The notes beneath the pieces are model-generated. The model had not been told where the DNA came from, did no database searches, and was given only the letters and a program-made list of their open reading frames with translations. Both the position numbers and the translations under genes were made by a program. A DNA stretch of 64,000 nucleotides from Penicillus capitatus (lineage: Eukaryota; Plantae; Chlorophyta): positions 1,177,197 through 1,241,196 of the forward strand of contig OZ287694.1 in the NCBI GenBank assembly GCA_965649825.1. The letters run 5' to 3'. This document shows, one piece after another, positions 36,025 through 48,520 of the stretch (the stretch's first letter is position 1; every line of letters starts with the position of its first letter).

Positions 36025-37433
36025 ATGCCGCGACGCCTGTCGCCAATCAAGCTAGAAGGTTACGAGATACCGGATCCGGCTCACGCCTACCTCGGCGAGG
36101 GAACCTACGGCACAGTCTTCCTGGCGCGAGAAACGGCAACTGGAGAGAACGTGGCGATCAAGCAGCACCACAACATCGTGAGCATCGCCGAAGATCGATG
36201 CGGACGCTAACGTCGATCAACGACAACGCAGGCGCATGAGAAGGGCATTCCGTCGACCGTGCTCCGCGAGGCGACGTTTCTCAAGCTGCTCAAGAACTCG
36301 CCGCACGTCGTCAAGTGAGCTCCGCCATGCCGATGGCGACGGTGTCCGTCGGCGCGCTGACCTTCCTTCTGCATACAGGCTGCATAACGTGATGCACGTC
36401 AAGTCGAACGCGGGCTGGAGAACGCCGACCAGCGTCATGGTGAGGATCTTGTGTCAAAACAGCCTTTCATCGATCGTTGTTCGCAGATCTTTGAGTATCT
36501 AGACTGCGATCTGAGCGTCTATGCGAGAACACACCGCCCTCTTCAGCCCGACATCGTTAAGGTCCGCCAGAAGCACCTCTACCACGGTCATGGGACGCAA
36601 TCTTCTGTGGACAGAGGATCATGTATCACATCTTGCTTGGACTGCACCACTGTCACTCGATGCGCCTGATGCATCGAGACCTCAAGCCGCACAACATCTT
36701 GATTGACACAACAGACGCCGAGAAACCGATCGCAAAGCTGGCGGATTTTGGATTTGGGCGCACGTTCTCCACGCCCATTCGCCAACTGACCGAGGAGGTG
36801 TCTCGCTTGACCGCCATTTCCCAGTGGCAGTCTGTCTATGTCCGCAGATCATCACCCTCTGGTATCGCCCACCGGAGGTGCTGCTGGGATACGAGGGGCA
36901 CAGTCCGGCCGTCGATATCTGGAGCTCCGCGTGCATCTTCTCGGAGCTCTGCGAGAGTGTGAGGCCATCGTCTCTCACCAGTTCGGTCGCGCATGTCTTT
37001 CCTCCAGGTGACGCTCTTCAAGGGATACTCTCAATATGACCAGCTCATTCACATCTTCCGTCTCCTGGGCACCCCGACTCTCGAAGAGTGGAGTACACTG
37101 TCTCTTTGCGAACATTGGCACGAGTATCCAGATTTCAAGCGCCAGAACCTGGCAGACACGATGAAGGCGACCCCTTCAGACGCCATCGATCTGCTGGATA
37201 TCATGCTGGTCCACAATCCAGCCCGGCGTCCCACCGCCGAGGCCTGCTTGCGTCATCGCTACTTCGCATCGATCTTCAAGGAGAGCGATCTGAAAATGAA
37301 ACCCCTGCTGCCGAAGGACATTCTTGGACCCAAGCCGAAGTCCACCAAAGCAGCATCAGATCCTGCCATACTCGCGTCCTCAAGTCTCAACAGATGCCAT
37401 GGAGTTCTTGGTCCTTTCAATATCTCGAGGTGA
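36025..37433 (+). CDS. Cyclin-dependent kinase, divergent CDKB-like, copy 3 (7 exons)
   Basis: Same structure as copies 1 and 2, with GYSQYDQL replacing GDCQYDQL. The frame is intact. Confidence 0.9.
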
Positions 37434-37908
37434 TGCTTGCATCATTCATCATCAGCGACAGAGTGCCGATAACCTGAACACCAAAAAAACTAGACTCTTG
37501 AAAAAAAAATCGTTCCGTACGATGAAAGAAACTTCTGAAGAAACAACATTGTCCCATTGTCTGGTTCTTGGAGTGAATGGGCGTTGTTGTATTTTTTGGT
37601 AAGTAAGCGATACCGAAACATGTTGGCCGTCAAAAAATTCGAGTCAACTGCGTCCCCATGTGGACACAGCCTTAACAAGTCTGCTAAAGGTGTTTGCTAT
37701 GTTGCACCTTTAGCTTCAGAGTGTTTAATGGAAAATCGCCTAGTCCGATAATCGTCACGTTTGTTTTTCATCATTTAGCCGTTGGCGTAGTTACAAAGAG
37801 CGTTGGCGTTTTTTTCTCGTTCGAGCGTTAGTCACGGAAACTGTCTGGGCGACACTGATTTGCGTTACTTCTGCAACGGCCTTTCACTTCGTCGAGGCGT
37901 TCGTCGAT

Positions 37909-38952
37909 ATGAAACGCAAAGCAATAAAATCATGCTTTCCGCAGCGTCGCGACAATCCAAGAGAGTTACCCGTCGTGGACTGGCTGCGTCTCCCAGAGGA
38001 CCTGTGGACGCGGATCCTGCGGTGCCTCTATCCGGATAACATACACGAACTCGTCTACTGCCTATGCACTTGTCGAACGTTTCGCCGTTTGGGCACTCGA
38101 GTCGACGACTCTGTCACTGACGCCTTTCTCTTTTATCACTCTGTCCCTTAGGTCTTGCGGACCGTCGAAGTGTGTGACCGTCACTATCAGTGTGAGAAGA
38201 AGATGCCGACTGTGTTGACATGGCTGTTCGAGATGTCCCCTAAACTCGTCGTTTTCATAATGACGTCGGTCGGCACCGTAACGTCCTTTTCCCGGTCCGT
38301 ACCGCGTTTGGAAAGGCTCACCTATCTCGAACTCAACTCCGTGCACATTTCCCACAAAGACCTGGGTTGTATCTTCTACAATACAGCAAAGCATCATCCC
38401 AATCTGCCCAACCTCTCATCTCTGACGCTTGCGAATCTACGCCTCACTGGTCAACAGAAGTGCAAATGGTTGATGCCATTGGTGGTTCCCTGCCTGACCT
38501 CCTTAGCGATCACATGGTGCACCGACCTCACCGTAGATTTGGTAAGTGCAGGATGTCCAGCCAAGACAGTGTGCCTCGGCTGTGCGTGCTTCGGGATGTC
38601 TAGGTTGTGGATGTAGCTTTTAGATTAAAGAAACTGTCGCTCCATGGATGCTGTTCGATCGGAGATGAGATTACGGGCCGTAAGCAGCGATGAGATCTGT
38701 ACGAGATTCTGGGCTGACGTTGGGTGACGGTGGTGCGTAGGTTTGTATAATGTTAAGGACTTGGATATGGCCTTTACGGCGATTTCGGACAAGGGATTGA
38801 ATGTTTTGCACTACGGTTGCCCGTCCTTGAAGCACCTGACCCTGTCGTACATGCAGGACAATGCATGGGCTAGTGCGATGTGGACGGCCCCTGGAATACA
38901 CGATTTTCAGAAGAAAAGACCCGATGTGACGATAGGCTATGCCCATTGCTGA
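37909..38952 (+). CDS. F-box / leucine-rich-repeat protein
   Basis: F-box DWLRLPEDLWTRILRCL, then LRRs (LERLTYLELNSV, LPNLSSLTLANL, CLTSLAITWCTDLT, GCPSLKHLTLSYM). Confidence 0.8.
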
Positions 38953-39589
38953 AGACAGATAGCAAGAGCAAATGGCGGATCGGGGTCACACAGTGTCATC
39001 TAGCTTCACAAAACGGACATTCACAGGACAAAACGATCAGGTGATTTCAGCTTAAGTCCTCTGTCCAAGACAAGGATCATCATAATTATTGCAAATTTGA
39101 CGATGTCTCTTGGAAATGAAATGGGGAAGAAGGGTGAGGAAACAACGATGCAAACGTAACAAACGAACCCGAATCAGGGAAAGAATCTTCCTCAACGGCT
39201 TGTCCATGGATTTATTTGTACACGTATCTTAAGACTCAATGGCACTGATTTTGCTGCTGCTGATTGATCACAATGCGATATCGTGCCAAAAATGGCCCTC
39301 TGTCAAACGGAAACGCACGCACGCCTGGAGAAATATCCCATTCCAAATCGCTAGCAACGAACAAACAAACAAGCAAGCAGACAAACTAAGAATCAGCGAC
39401 GCTTACGTAACTGCTTTGCGACTATATATCAATGCGAGATGTGACGATGATGCCTTATTATCGTTAGAATTGTACTTGTCTGATCGGAGAAAAGTAACGA
39501 GACTTCACAGCAAAGCAGGTGCCTCTTGTTTGTTGAATTCGCGCTCTTCTAAAGGAATGAATGCGCCATCAAATTTTAACCTTGATGAC

Positions 39590-41157
39590 TCAAGGCATTC
39601 GAGGAACATGGCGAGGAGCATGCATCGGATAGGCAGGAATCGGCGCTGTCATCATAGTCGGGTAGGCAACGATGGGGGCGGCCTCGGTTTCCTGACGTGG
39701 ATATCGGGGTTCAATAAAAACGCGCTTTCCTTGCAAGACAGCGCCTTGCTGAATGGCCGTACGAGCCGATTCTGCATTCTCAAATGTCACAAAGGCATAG
39801 CATCCGTTTCGTCCGTCGCGTACCTAGCAGTCCATACCCTCCGTCAGTCCGTCATCGCTCAGAGAACAGACAACATCTCAACAGATGAAGGGTCTATCTC
39901 ACTTGGATGCCGTCTCTTCCTCCGAGGATGGGCCCGAAAACGGAGAATGCTTCTTCGACGTCAGCAGGTTGAATGCCAAAGGGGAGACGAGCGATAAAGA
40001 CGCCGTGTCCCATCTGTGTTTGTACTGACCATGGGTCGCAGCCCATAGACATGGAGCGTTGTCGCATGTATCTCGCAGCGGCAGGTGGCCCCATTGGCAT
40101 AGGGAACGCCATCGACGCCGTTGGCACATGAAGTGGAGGAACAGGCATTGGAGGCGCCATCATTACGGGCGGCGGCATTACGGCGGTATGCGTGACAGTA
40201 CTTGTCTTGGAACCCTGCGGACGCATAATCCAAGGCTGCGGCTGCTTCTTCGCGGCGATCTCGTCGCTCTCATGATCGGATTCATGGGATTTGTTAGGCA
40301 GATGACGTTTGGGAGTGTCTTCGAGAGGCGGCGTCGCCGTGCGAATGTCTTTGCTCGTTGCTGCGCCATCATCAGGAATGGTGCCTTTGTAACTGCCAAG
40401 CTGCAATGGGACATCTTCCCCACTCGCCACGGATGCTGTCGTCTCCTTCTGCGTTCCTCCTCGAATCTTGCCCTAATGCACGACGACACATATCTGATAG
40501 ATCACACATCTCACACAAAGAACCCTACCCAGACGTCTTGGCCCCAGTATCCCAGAAGGGGGCGGTCTTGTGAATAGCCTAGCACATGAACGACGTCCGT
40601 TCGGATATAATAACCATTCTCTTGGGGATACAGAACAAATGCTTGAGTAAAAGCGCGATAGCTTCCCATACTCTATAGACACAGGGTCATTCATCGGTGA
40701 ACGAGATATCCTGGTGGCCGAAGATACCTTTCGATGCATGGTGCCATTGATGTGCAGCAAGACGGTGTCGTCAACAGAAAACTGAGGAACTGCGGAATCG
40801 ACCTTCACGCTTATATCGACGTACAAAGACTGGAGGAGTTCCTTAACAGCCTAGATTCGAGACGATTGCCACCGCAGTCGTCAACCATCAAAAACGCACC
40901 GTCTCATCCTCTGCCGTTTCTGTAAGAGCTTCCTTGCCGTCCAGCGTTTCGCGCACGGTTACTGAGCTATTCTTTCCGTAGAATTGGTAAAGGAATCCAT
41001 TGTGTGTGTTTAAGATGCTATAGTAGAGACGGACAAATTGCTTCGCAACCTAAACGAAGGCATGCATTCTGTGCATAGGGTGTGTCGGCGAATGTCTGCA
41101 TACAGCTTGCTTGCTGACGCGCGTTTGCGTCGAATCGATTGCTTCGACGGTCGACAT
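39590..41157 (-). CDS. NTF2-like + RRM protein (G3BP-like), paralog 1
   Basis: Spliced product has NTF2 motifs (QFVRLYYSIL...YQFY; FTQAFVLYPQENGYYIRTD), a Pro-rich linker and an RRM (GVFIARLPF...FGPI...TFENAESA). Confidence 0.8.
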
Positions 41158-41593
41158 TTGTTCACGAATACGGGTCGCGAAAAGGCCGGTCTTTGCGTCG
41201 TCCTTGCCGTCTGCTTTGAAACCCGTCAGTTTTTTGACAGTTCTCTCGACGAAATAAGGCCTTATGGATTGAAACGCCGAGTGAATAAAGATTCAATAAG
41301 AGCCAAGGAATAAATGAACGCGCGAGACACAACGACTAACCCCCGTGTACTACAGCAACTTCATAGAACGATCTCACATCCGATAGGTGACGGCATTCTA
41401 CGACAGAACCTCCCCATCGATACCGATACCATGCGAAAAGAGTTACAGACGAAGTTGCTTCGCTGCGACTGTGGTCTTGTTGGGAAGAGATCGAGATGTA
41501 GAGCCTGTCTGTTTGTCGCCGGTTAGGTCTGAGAAAATTGAGTAGATGGTGTAGATGCATGCACGGTGCGTGCATTTGCGCCAGCCGTTTCCG

Positions 41594-42832
41594 ATGTCCT
41601 TTTCCATGAGTCGTTCTCTCCTCCTCGGACGCATCGCGAAACCCACAACGGTACCGCGTCCGTTGCCTCTCCCGCGCGTCGCGGCTGTCTCGCGCGCGGC
41701 ACCGACGCCACGTTCCGTCTCAAAGCCACGCAACTGCCGCGGAGAGAAATGTGGACTGAAAGCGGTGGCGACCGAATCGGCGGACCCTGCGACGCCTTCT
41801 AACGCCGAATATTGCCTGTCCAATACTTTAACCACCTTTCTTCTCAAAGAAGAACAGAGCGGTCGACTGGAATCAGAACTCGCCGTTGTGATCTCATCCA
41901 TCGCCGTTGCATGCAAACAGATTGCCACTCTCGTCAGTCGGTCGGGCATCTCGAATCTCACTGGCCTCGCTGGAGAGACAAATGTCCAAGGCGAAGATCA
42001 GAAAAAACTGGACGTCCTTTCAAACATCGTTTTCTCAAATTGCCTGAGAGATACCGGACGAACAGGTGTGATTGCGAGCGAGGAAGAAGATCTGCCAGTT
42101 TCTGTTGAAGAGACCTACTCCGGCAACTACGTTGTCGTCTTCGATCCTCTGGACGGCTCATCCAACATCGATGCTGGCATCTCCGTGGGTTCCATCTTCG
42201 GAGCCTATGCCCCAAGTGAAGAATGCAGCCTGGAAGATGCTGCCGACGGCGATACCTTGTTGCAGAACTGTGTTGTGAATGTCTGTCAGCCAGGAAGAGA
42301 TTTGAAGCTTGCCGGTTACTGTTTGTACAGCACATCGACGGTCTTTGTACTGACCATTGGGTCAGGAGTCTACGGTTTCACACTGGACCCACTCATCGGC
42401 GAATTCGTGCTGACGCATCCACAGATCCAGATCCCGGAATCGGGGAAGATCTATTCCTTTAACGAAGGCAACATGGATTTATGGAAGCCAGATGTGCAGG
42501 ATTACATGAAGAGCTTGAAAAACCCAGAAAAATGGAATGGCAAGCCATACTCCGCACGGTACATTGGTGCGCTGGTGGGCGATTTCCACAGAACCATGCT
42601 GTACGGTGGTATCTACGGCTATCCAGGCGCGGCCAATGCAGAGAACGGGAAACTGCGTCTGCTGTACGAGTGCGCCCCCATGAGCTTCATCGCCGAGCAG
42701 GCTGGAGGGGCAGGGAGCACAGGAAAGGAACGGGTGCTGGACATTCAACCAACAGAAGTGCATCAACGTGTGCCGCTATTTATTGGCTCGAAGAAAGAGG
42801 TCGAGTACCTCGAGAGCTTCACAAAGAAATAG
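41594..42832 (+). CDS. FBP: Chloroplast fructose-1,6-bisphosphatase (redox-regulated), intronless
   Basis: Transit peptide, GEDQKKLDV, FDPLDGSSNID, a regulatory loop with three Cys (EEC...NCVVNVCQPG) and RYIGALVGDFHRT. Confidence 0.97.
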   Translation: MSFSMSRSLLLGRIAKPTTVPRPLPLPRVAAVSRAAPTPRSVSKPRNCRGEKCGLKAVATESADPATPSNAEYCLSNTLTTFLLKEEQSGRLESELAVVISSIAVACKQIATLVSRSGISNLTGLAGETNVQGEDQKKLDVLSNIVFSNCLRDTGRTGVIASEEEDLPVSVEETYSGNYVVVFDPLDGSSNIDAGISVGSIFGAYAPSEECSLEDAADGDTLLQNCVVNVCQPGRDLKLAGYCLYSTSTVFVLTIGSGVYGFTLDPLIGEFVLTHPQIQIPESGKIYSFNEGNMDLWKPDVQDYMKSLKNPEKWNGKPYSARYIGALVGDFHRTMLYGGIYGYPGAANAENGKLRLLYECAPMSFIAEQAGGAGSTGKERVLDIQPTEVHQRVPLFIGSKKEVEYLESFTKK

Positions 42833-42924
42833 ACATCATGCATGGATTTGTTCTGCGAACGATGTGATCGATGGTCCATTCTTTTGCGTCGATTGACAGT
42901 GCCTCTGAGAAATCGACGAAAACG

Positions 42925-43683
42925 ATGATTCGACGATCGTGCGTGCGATGCGACGGGGCGACGGAAATCGCAGCTTTGCGAAGCTACCCGCGCACGGCCT
43001 CCTCTCGTAAGACTTTCGATCGGCATTCGGGTGTCTCGCGACTGTGCGATGATCAGGACGATACGCGATCGACGCCGGTCCTCGTGCTTCTCGCCGCACG
43101 TCGTTTTCGACACCGAGAGCAACGTCAGACGTCGCTTCGATCGGGACGGAATCTGGCAGCGCTGCGATCGCTCGTCGTGGCCTCATCCTGTCGATCGTCG
43201 CCACCAGCGGAATCGTAGCCTCCACTCCAAAGGCGAACGCTCAAGCCGAACCATACACCTGCGATCTCAAGGATTCTCCGATTGGCATTCGATACTGCGA
43301 TCAGGTCGAAGGAAATGGCCCCGAGGCGAAGAAACAGACTCGCATCCTGTACAACTGATTCTTCCACATCTCGCTCGTCTGACATCACTGCCTTCTTATT
43401 CAGGGCGCACTACACTGGACGACTCGCCAGTGATATGACGGTGTTCGATAGCAGCTATCCCCGCCAGCGGCCTCTGTTGTTCACCATCGGCACAAGGGAA
43501 GTCATCCTGGGATGGGATTTGGGAATCCTGGGAACCGAAGGCATTCCTCCCATGAAAGCAGGGGGAAAACGACGTCTTATCCTTCCTCCCGACTATGCAT
43601 ACGGATCTCAAGGAGCAGGGAACGGACGCATCCCGCCAAATGCCACTCTGATTTTCGATGTGGAGTACTTGGGACGAAGATGA
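42925..43683 (+). CDS. Thylakoid-lumen FKBP peptidyl-prolyl isomerase (FKBP13/16-like)
   Basis: Twin-Arg signal IARRGLILSIVATSGIV...ANA, then AHYTGRL, FDSSY and GWDLGILG...GGKRRLILPP. Two introns; the start is approximate. Confidence 0.88.
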
Positions 43684-43723
43684 AATAAAGCAACCGCATC
43701 TTGCGAAATTTTGAACGACGTCG

Positions 43724-45760
43724 ATGAGTTCTGAAGAACAGCGTCTTACCGTCTTTCGTCGAGCCTTCTCACACTTATTCGGTTTATCTCACTCTTTTGC
43801 ACGCCACTGCCTGAGCATCATCTCCAGGACTGCAGCTCATACCACGCCTGTCGACGTTTCTGCTAAACCTCGCTGTCGCGCGACAGCTTTCACCCTCCGT
43901 CTATGGCGTCCGTCTGCCTACCACATGTCACTCACTATATCGAGTGTCCTGCATGTAGCTGGCGGCTACTCGACTTCCACTGTTCAACACATCGCTCCTG
44001 TTGCTCAGTCGAGAGGCCTTTCGTCGAAGTTGTCTGCGAAAAGCGACGCATCCAGGAGCATCGAAAGATGAAGAGCTTCGATTAATATGGCCGCTGGCCC
44101 TCAAGCCGATTAAGTTCGGACTGTTGTTGGGGACGTGTGCTTTCTTTGTCTACCTCTTCGTGCATTCAGCAGAGGATGTGACGATTCCATGGTCCCTTCT
44201 CGGCGAACACGGTTCGGCATCTTAAGCTCATGGAGTCAGTCCATTGTCGTGATCGCATGGATCGGACGCTGTCTCTAGGACTAGCCATTGTCCTCGAACT
44301 CATGAGCGAGCCATTCTACATTGTGGCAGCCTTGTGGTTAGAATTCCGATTGAGAACGTGGGTGGAAGGCTCTGCCGTGTTGGCAAAGAGTCTTTGGACG
44401 TTTCTCGCAGCAACTTTTACCGAAAGGTAAATCTCTGATAGCGCTGCAGTCTGATACAAAATGTTGGCTACCAGAGATCAAGCATTAGCTATTGCGGATG
44501 GTCACGTTGTCTATGCCTTGATTCTGCTCATAGGATATGCCACACTTTGGCCAAGAATTCGTTCCATAGTACCACCCTGCACAGCATGAGTCGCCACTCA
44601 TGAATTTCTGCATTCTCTGTTTCAGTTAAGTGCGGAGCAGGATTCATCCAGGAAAAGACAGGTGCCATTCGACAGGATGAAGCAACGTCTCTGGAGAGTC
44701 TTCTTTATACAAACGGTGCGTATCGTCGAGCGCCGACAGCAATATGCTGAACATGAAGACAGGTCGAGAAGCTCGTTTTGGGAGAGGGATCTAAGTATGT
44801 GTTGATGTTCTACACGACAGTCTACGATGAAGGCGTCTTTGGATTGATCAGTAATTTGGGCTCTTTAGTCGTCCGTATCATTTTTCAGCCCTTTGAAGAA
44901 GCAGCCTTCACCACATTCAGCAGGTCGGTCCTCCATAGATGTCAGTCACTCTTATATCACACGGGTGCGAATAGGACTGGAGTTTCCCAATCTGCTAGCG
45001 ATATGGCCAAGATGCGCGATATGCTGTCGGTCATGATTCGCGGTATCTGTATTGTCGGTTTCTTGCCCGTCGTTTTCGGACCACCTTCTTCCTCGCTCTT
45101 CTTGCGACTCCTCTACTCCCAGCGATGGAGCGAGACAGAAGCTCCTGTCGTTCTTGCCTACTACTGCCCCTATATCGCACTGATGGCCTTGAACGGTCTT
45201 TTCTTACCCTCACTCAAAGATCTAACCCATGTCGTTGCTGCAGGTATCTGCGAGGCATTCGTGCATGCTGTCCTCGATGTGAAAGATCTCAAAGTCTCCA
45301 ACGTGTTCATGATGATCTCCGCCGGATTCCATGTCGTGGTCAGTATTACCTTCATCAGATATGCCGGCGCTGTAGGACTGGTCCTAGCAGATAGCCTCAA
45401 TATGCTCGGGCGCATAATCTTTGCCCTGTGGTCCTCTCGACGAAAGCCTTCTCTCTGTTCAGCTTCTTCTGTAGGTGCATTCGTCGTCATTTCCGATCCA
45501 AAGGAGACTTCAGCCTCCGAGCGCTGTTCCCTCATGGATCAACGCTTCTTTCAGGTTTCCTCGTTTCGGCAGCTCTGTTTGTCTGCAAGCAGTTTGTGGA
45601 AAACATTTCGAGATTCGAAACGCAGATCGCTGTATATGCCAGCCTCAGCTGCGCCCTTTTACTCCTATTCGGTTGGGTACTATGGAAGACGGAACAAAGT
45701 GTTTGGAACGAACTGCTTGCACTCAGACGAGATCAAGGGGATGATAAGAAAGATCGTTAG
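43724..45760 (+). CDS. RFT1: RFT1 (Man5GlcNAc2-PP-dolichol translocation protein), multi-exon
   Basis: LQLIPRLSTFLLN...LSPSVYG, ELMSEPFY, NLGSLVVRIIFQPFEE and ICEAFVHAV. Confidence 0.88.
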
Positions 45761-45823
45761 TTCTTCCAATCTCCGCGTCTGCCACGGCGGTCTGAATGTC
45801 TACGGATCTAATAACCACGAAGA

Positions 45824-46511
45824 TTATCTTCTTCGACGCGATGAGACGATCGTGAATCCTTCGCTGTCCGTTTCGGACGCTCTCTTTCGAGCCGGTTCAC
45901 GTTGAATCGACATCGCATCCGGATCATCGATCATTTCGTCTTCTCCCTCCGAATCGGACGATTCTTCGATCGCAGGCTGCTCCTCCACATTCTGTCGACA
46001 CATATACCTTCATCGAGTGGACAAGAATCGCTGCCGAGCATACCTGTTTATGCGATGGTGGAAGTGCAGCTTCTTTAATTCTAAGAGACGCCAAGAGCGT
46101 CAGATCGCCCCTTCGGCATTGATGATAGAGAGCGATTAGTGTTTCGGCCACCTGCGTGTCAGACCATCATAGATGAGGAGACCGTCGGATTGTGTGACTT
46201 CTGTCAGGCTTCCGTCCTCCGCTTCTGTATTGAAATCCTCTAACAGTGCGGCGAAGAGCTGGTCAGACAATGCAAAAATGTCTGGATCTGTGGCATAGTG
46301 TAAAAGAGCGACGGAATGATTTCGACAACGACGGACCCTTTTTGCAAAGAGTAAACCAGTAAAGGATGTCTTCCATGAATTCCTCGGCCTTCTCGGCGCT
46401 TTGGTTGCCACCCCAACGGTTTTCGACCGCCAATTGCAGCGCCGTCCAGCTCTTGAACACGAGCTGAACGCCCTCCACAAAATGATTCCATCGATCACTG
46501 TCCGACGACAT
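45824..46511 (-). CDS. TSR2: Pre-rRNA-processing protein TSR2
   Basis: WTALQLAVENRWGG, FNTEAEDGS, and an acidic tail ending EGFTIVSSRRRR*. Confidence 0.9.
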
Positions 46512-46821
46512 CTCGCGCAATCGAAGTTAATGCAAAGAGGACGAATCCGAAGCGACGGGTCACATCCACAGAAGAAGACACTCAAAACATCCCACATAGG
46601 ATGACATAGATCGCCTGCCTTACTTTCGATCCACTGACGCATATCGAAATGATGATCGACGAGAGGCAATCGAAGAACAAACTCGCCGATCGCGGAAATC
46701 GTTTCCTTCGATCGGCACTTCGACGTTCGCTCGTGTGTCATGCTTACGTCATAGCTCGATCGTCGTCGACCGCAGAGCGAGCCTTCTGCAAACATTGCAC
46801 TCGACTACAGTCTCGACACAG

Positions 46822-47527
46822 ATGGGTCTACGAAGCGTTCGGGTGAATCTAAATGGCCAGTCGAAGATTCAAAAAGCCCTCAAGCGGCGATGCGTGCCTT
46901 CGAGGACGTGTGCCTTTCGGCCACCTTCGTGCTGCAGTGCATCCATTTGCCCCACAAAGCACTCTCTCCATGTATCTCTATGTCTTAAGGTCAACGTGAA
47001 AGGGATGACACCTCAGGCGAATCGCGTGGCGTCACTCGGCGTCACTTACTCGCATCCAGTGTCATCTCACCGGCGATTGTCTCCTCTGCCAGGGCAGATG
47101 AAGATGAGATCGATCCGCGTGACATCTGTCCCGAATGTGTAGGAACCGGCGTCGTACTTTGTAAGGCATGTCTCACACTTCCCTCACGCATCAACACGAT
47201 GGTGTTAGGCGATATGTGTGGTGGAACGGGCAAGTGGCGTGCTTTGAGTCGAAAGCGCGTCAAAGATACCTACGAATTTGTTGAATGTCCCCAGTGCTAT
47301 GGCCGCGGTCTTCTTGTCTGCGGTCGCTGTTTTGGTACGATGACGACATCAGCGATCTCATCGAGCACTTTTCTTTAGGCAGTGGACTTCTCAACGTACG
47401 AGGGTTGTTGAGACGACCCGAAGCGCGGATCATGGTCGAACGTATGCAACATGGTGAAGTGAAGCCAGGAGAGGTCAAGGAACTTTTGCGTCAAGGAAAA
47501 GAACGTCTTCAACAGCAACAACAATAG
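46822..47527 (+). CDS. PSA2: DnaJ-like zinc-finger protein PSA2 (photosystem I assembly)
   Basis: [41 protein letters not shown]...CFGSG...[10 protein letters not shown]. The start is uncertain. Confidence 0.85.
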
Positions 47528-47585
47528 GGAAACGCATGACCATAAAACAAAAAACGAATGCTTTGCGTTCTCTTTTTCTTTCTTC

Positions 47586-48520
47586 TCAGAAAAGAATGTG
47601 CGAAGGTACGATGCGACGGTGTAACGACAGACTGGCTGCAGGACTGGCAGTCTTTTCATGTTTGTCACTTGATTGTTCTCGCCTGCTGGCCGTGGAGTCA
47701 ACAAGTTTTTTCGCCTTTTTGAGTTTCTTGAGCTGATCTTTAGGAATGGGCTTCCCCTGTTTCACGCGCTCGATCTCGCCGCGTAGATCACTAATGATCG
47801 TCGTAATGATCGACGCACACACTTTGTTCATGTATCCACGGAACCATTTGGGTGGCACAGCCTTTGGCATGATGCTCTGTTCCAGCGTGACTAGTGTTGC
47901 ATTGGGCTTTGACGATGACATGAGAGATCGGACACGATAGCCGACATTGTTCCAGAGATTCGTACGGCCTGAGATCTCGTCAAGGGAGTGTTGATCGAAC
48001 GGACGGATCTCCCAACGGCCTTCAAAGTTTTTCATGACGCCTTCTTTGGCAAGCTTGAATTCGACGACGCCTTCCGGTCGGTCTTGATGTACGAAAAGAC
48101 GCGTGAAGAAATATCCAGAAAAGAAAAGAAAACGCCACTGGGCTGCTTGTTCGACCTCAACCTTCTGACGCCCTTTGTGATCATCTTCGAGGACTTTGCG
48201 ATAGGTGACGGCAGTGACGGTGCTGAAGTAACGAGAATTGTCGGGATCGACGAGAAGATCGAAAACCTGCTCTGGAGGAAAGTCGAGTTTGGCACGTAGT
48301 TGAACTTTGCACATAAAGCCTTCAGGCTGCGTGACTGTTACTTTACAATCGTGGCGGTCCCACGTTTCGATGGTCGGAATCTCGACAACATCCACCGGAT
48401 CGTCTACCGCGATCAAGCCGAACGCTCGATTCACATACAAAGACATCGCAATCGAGACCGATCCGATGACGCGATCGTCGATCTTGAGGTCCAGTCGTTA
48501 TCAACGATGATCGGAATCAT
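47586..48520 (-). CDS. Polyketide cyclase/dehydrase (SRPBCC/START-like) protein
   Basis: PPEQVFDLLVDPDN, VEVEQAAQWRFLFFSG, MKNFEGRW and VTLEQ..PK..PP. The start is approximate. Confidence 0.75.

Larger units (their letters stand above)
31790..37760. repeat. Arm B of ~6 kb inverted segmental duplication (partner 3830-9920)
   Basis: See arm A. The core is ~32037-37480. Confidence 0.95.

Noticed and set aside
39239-39997. 252-aa plus-strand ORF and similar long antisense ORFs (11462..12025, 14026..14673, 24144..24872, 26746..27261)
   Set aside because: These are shadow ORFs opposite well-supported genes, with no protein motifs.
41594-42832. Intron absence as HGT evidence
   Set aside because: The clearly native plastid FBPase is also intronless, so lack of introns alone does not support HGT for PhoD, the MFS transporter or CAP59.
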